From: Deferrisomatales bacterium
GTDB taxonomy: Bacteria; Desulfobacterota; Deferrisomatia; Deferrisomatales; JACRMM01
Assembly (NCBI GenBank): GCA_033551855.1
Contig: JAWSUI010000001.1
Coordinates: forward strand, 160,001 to 224,000
DNA: 64,000 bases
Reading direction: 5' to 3'
The notes below the pieces were generated by a model. It made no database searches, was not told the origin of the DNA, and saw only the letters and a program-made list of their open reading frames with translations. Shown here one piece after another: positions 61,268-64,000 of the stretch; within the stretch, counting starts at the first letter, position 1; every line of letters begins with the position of its first letter. The position numbers were made by a program, and so were the translations under genes.

Positions 61268-62941
61268 ATGGCAGAGACCAGGCTCGAGGAGATTCGGCGG
61301 GAGACCGAGCGCTGGGGGGCCGGCGTGGATGAGGCCACTCGGCGGCACCCCGAACGGCAGGGCGAGTTCCGGAGCCTTTCCGACATTCCCATCGCGCGGC
61401 TGTATACTCCGGAGGACGTGGCCGGCCTGGATTACCTCCGGGACCTGGGCTATCCGGGGGAGTACCCCTTCACCCGCGGCGTCCAGTCCACCATGTACCG
61501 CGGGCGCCTCTGGACCATGCGCCAGTTCTCCGGCTTCGGCACCGCCGAGGAGACGAACCGGCGGTACAAGTATCTCCTCGAGCACGGCCAGACCGGCCTC
61601 TCCGTGGCGTTCCACTTTCCCACCCTCAACGGCGTGAGCTCCGACCACCGGCTGTCCCGAGGAGAGGTGGGCAAGTGCGGCGTGGCCATCGACAGCCTGC
61701 GGGACATGGAAGTGCTCTTCGACGGCATTCCCTTGGACAAGGTCACGACGTCGATGACCGTGAACCATCCCGGGCCCGTCCTCCTCGCCATGTACCTCGC
61801 AGTCGCGGAGAAGCAAGGGGTGGCCTGGAGCCAGGTGGGCGGCACGGTCCAGAACGACCCCCTAAAGGAGTTCTTTGCACAGAAGTCGTACATCTGGCCC
61901 CCCAGGGAGAGCGTGCGCCTGCTGGTGGACACGATGGAGTTCTGCGCCAAGCACGTGCCCAAGTGGCACCCGGTCTCCATCTCCGGGTACCACATCCGGG
62001 AGGCCGGGAGCACGGCCCAGCAGGAGCTGGCCTTCACCCTCGCCGACGGCATCGCCTACGTTGAGGCGGCCGTGGCCCGGGGTCTCGACGTGGACAACTT
62101 CGCGCCCCACCTCTCGTTCTTCTTCGACGCCCACATGGACTTCTTCGAGGAGATCGCCAAGTTCCGCGCGGCCCGCCGGCTGTGGGCGCGGATCATGCGG
62201 GAGCGGTTCGGCGCCAAGGACCCCAAGAGCCTCTGGATGCGCTTCCACACCCAGACCGCCGGGGTGAGCCTCACGGCGCAGCAGCCCTTGAACAACATCG
62301 TCCGGACGGCGTTCGAGGCCCTCTCGGCGGTCCTGGGCGGCACCCAGAGCCTCCACACCAACTCCTATGACGAAGCGGAGGCCCTGCCCACGGAGGAGGC
62401 CGTTACGGTGGCCCTGCGCACCCAGCAGATCATCGCCCACGAGACCGGCGTGGCGAACACGGTGGACCCCCTGGCGGGCTCCTACTTCGTCGAGTCCCTG
62501 ACAGACAAGATGGAGCGTGCCGCGGAGGAGTACATCCGCAAGATCGACGAGCTCGGCGGCATGGTGGCCGCCGTGGAGGCCGGATACCCGCAGGGCGAGA
62601 TCATTCGGGCCTCCATGAAGTTCCAGAAGGCCGTGGAGAGCGGGGAGAAGGTCATCGTGGGCGTGAACCGGTTCGCGATGGACGAGGGGAAGACCATCCC
62701 CCTCCTCAAGATCGGCGACAGCGCCGAGAAGTCCCAGCTCGCCCGGATCGCCGAGACCAAGAAGAACCGCGACAACGCCGCGGTGGAGCGTTGCCTCGAC
62801 CGGGTGCGCGAGGCGGCGCGCTGCGGGGAGAACCTCATGTACCCGATCGTCGAGGCAGCGAAGGAGTACGCCCTGCTCGGGGAGGTGTGCGGCGCCCTCG
62901 TCGATGTGTTCGGCGCCTATCAGGATCCGGCGGTCTTCTGA
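61268..62941 (+). CDS. icmA: AdoCbl-dependent acyl-CoA mutase large subunit, isobutyryl-CoA-mutase type
   Basis: [16 protein letters not shown] (Phe where methylmalonyl-CoA mutase has Tyr), [11 protein letters not shown] (Gln where it has Arg), [11 protein letters not shown] and GGTQSLHTN. Confidence 0.8.
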   Translation: MAETRLEEIRRETERWGAGVDEATRRHPERQGEFRSLSDIPIARLYTPEDVAGLDYLRDLGYPGEYPFTRGVQSTMYRGRLWTMRQFSGFGTAEETNRRYKYLLEHGQTGLSVAFHFPTLNGVSSDHRLSRGEVGKCGVAIDSLRDMEVLFDGIPLDKVTTSMTVNHPGPVLLAMYLAVAEKQGVAWSQVGGTVQNDPLKEFFAQKSYIWPPRESVRLLVDTMEFCAKHVPKWHPVSISGYHIREAGSTAQQELAFTLADGIAYVEAAVARGLDVDNFAPHLSFFFDAHMDFFEEIAKFRAARRLWARIMRERFGAKDPKSLWMRFHTQTAGVSLTAQQPLNNIVRTAFEALSAVLGGTQSLHTNSYDEAEALPTEEAVTVALRTQQIIAHETGVANTVDPLAGSYFVESLTDKMERAAEEYIRKIDELGGMVAAVEAGYPQGEIIRASMKFQKAVESGEKVIVGVNRFAMDEGKTIPLLKIGDSAEKSQLARIAETKKNRDNAAVERCLDRVREAARCGENLMYPIVEAAKEYALLGEVCGALVDVFGAYQDPAVF

Positions 62942-63014
62942 CGGGGCAGGCGAAACCTCCGCAGGAGCGGCGCATGGGTCGCCCCTGCGCAACAGCGCGA
63001 AGGATCCAGCGAGC

Positions 63015-63404
63015 ATGAAGAAGGTCCGCGTTCTCATCGCGAAGCCCGGCCTGGACGGGCACGACCGAGGGGCAAAGGTGGTGGCCAAGCACCTGCAGGA
63101 GAGCGGGTACGAGGTGGTCTACACGGGACTGCACCAGAGCCCGGAGCAGATCGTGTCCGCCGCGCTCCAGGAGGCCGTGGACGTCATCGGGATCTCGGTC
63201 CTGTCGGGCTCGCACAACTACGTATTCCCCGCGGTCATGGACCTGCTCCGAGAGAAGGGGATGGGAGACGTGCTGGTCTTCGGGGGCGGCACCATCCCGG
63301 AGGACGAGATCCCGCAGCTCCTGGCCGCCGGCGTCAAGGCACTGTTCCGGCCGGGGACCGCCCTGAAGGAGATCACCAATTTCCTGAAGGCCCATGTGGG
63401 GTAG
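63015..63404 (+). CDS. icmB: Acyl-CoA mutase cobalamin-binding small subunit
   Basis: KPGLDGHDRGAK (DxHxxG), SVLSGSH and GGGTIP. Confidence 0.85.
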   Translation: MKKVRVLIAKPGLDGHDRGAKVVAKHLQESGYEVVYTGLHQSPEQIVSAALQEAVDVIGISVLSGSHNYVFPAVMDLLREKGMGDVLVFGGGTIPEDEIPQLLAAGVKALFRPGTALKEITNFLKAHVG

Positions 63405-63479
63405 GTGCCGTTGGGTGACTCCGGGCCGCGGGCGTGGCGGCTGCTCCCCCGGGGGTGGGGGACGGGAAAGGCAAGGATC

Positions 63480-64000
63480 ATGCGCTACGTCGAAGAGGCC
63501 CTGAGGGGCAACCAGCTCGCGGGCGCCCGGCTGATCCGGCTCCTGGAAGAGGGGGAGCCGGAGGGCATCGGGGCCCTCAAAGCCCTGTATCCCCACACCG
63601 GCAGGGCCTTCATCCTGGGGATCACGGGTCCTCCGGGGGCCGGAAAGTCGACCCTGGTGGACCGCATCATCGGGGAGTTCCGTGCCCGGGGGAAGACGGT
63701 GGGGGTCGTGGCGGTGGATCCCTCCAGCCCCTTTTCGGGGGGCGCGATCCTGGGGGACCGGGTGCGGATGCAGCGCCACGCCACCGACGAGGGGGTGTTC
63801 GTGCGCTCCATGGCGACCCGGGGCCACTTGGGGGGGCTGAGCCGAGCCACCGGCGAGGCCGTGCTCGTTCTCGATGCCATGGGGTACGAGGTGATCCTGG
63901 TGGAGACCGTGGGGGTGGGGCAGGACGAGGTGGAGGTGGTCGACCTGGCCCACACGACCGCCGTGGTGAGCCTGCCCGGCCTGGGGGACGACATCCAGGC
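63480..64000 (+). CDS. meaB: Mutase-associated GTPase metallochaperone MeaB (5' part, runs off window)
   Basis: Manual translation: GITGPPGAGKST, VAVDPSSPFSGGAILGDRVRM, RSMATRGHLGGL and ETVGVGQDE. Confidence 0.93.
   Translation, partial: MRYVEEALRGNQLAGARLIRLLEEGEPEGIGALKALYPHTGRAFILGITGPPGAGKSTLVDRIIGEFRARGKTVGVVAVDPSSPFSGGAILGDRVRMQRHATDEGVFVRSMATRGHLGGLSRATGEAVLVLDAMGYEVILVETVGVGQDEVEVVDLAHTTAVVSLPGLGDDIQ

Overview
GC-rich chromosomal window, probably from a Desulfobacterota-like (deltaproteobacterial) anaerobe; the taxonomy is inferred from gene content only. From left to right it holds seven blocks. (1) The origin-proximal cluster rpmH-rnpA-yidD-yidC-mnmE-mnmG-rsmG with a perfect parS, but no dnaA or jag. 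(2) hemW and the hrcA-grpE-dnaK-dnaJ heat-shock operon. (3) An LpoA-like lipoprotein. (4) An hdrL-mvhD/flxD-flxC-hdrC-hdrB-flxB-flxA-rubrerythrin electron-bifurcation cluster. (5) A 12-heme internally duplicated lipoprotein cytochrome and a two-component system, divergent from a Thermus-style narC-G-H-J-I-K1-K2 operon. (6) A sigma54-preceded PII gene and a candidate sRNA. (7) A ~19 kb butyrate/isobutyrate oxidation cluster (thl, hbd, crt, bcd, etfBA, FadF/EMO, a second acyl-CoA dehydrogenase, isobutyryl-CoA mutase, meaB). The best candidate for an undescribed system sits inside block 7: a five-gene multiheme/FeS/NrfD complex whose molybdopterin-family subunit appears to have lost its Mo ligand. 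Three other observations stand out. A 231-bp MITE-like insertion with a target-site duplication splits the CIRCE operator of hrcA in two. rnpA has its only canonical start codon upstream of rpmH, so rpmH is nested out of frame inside it. Two families of dispersed inverted-repeat elements occupy intergenic gaps.
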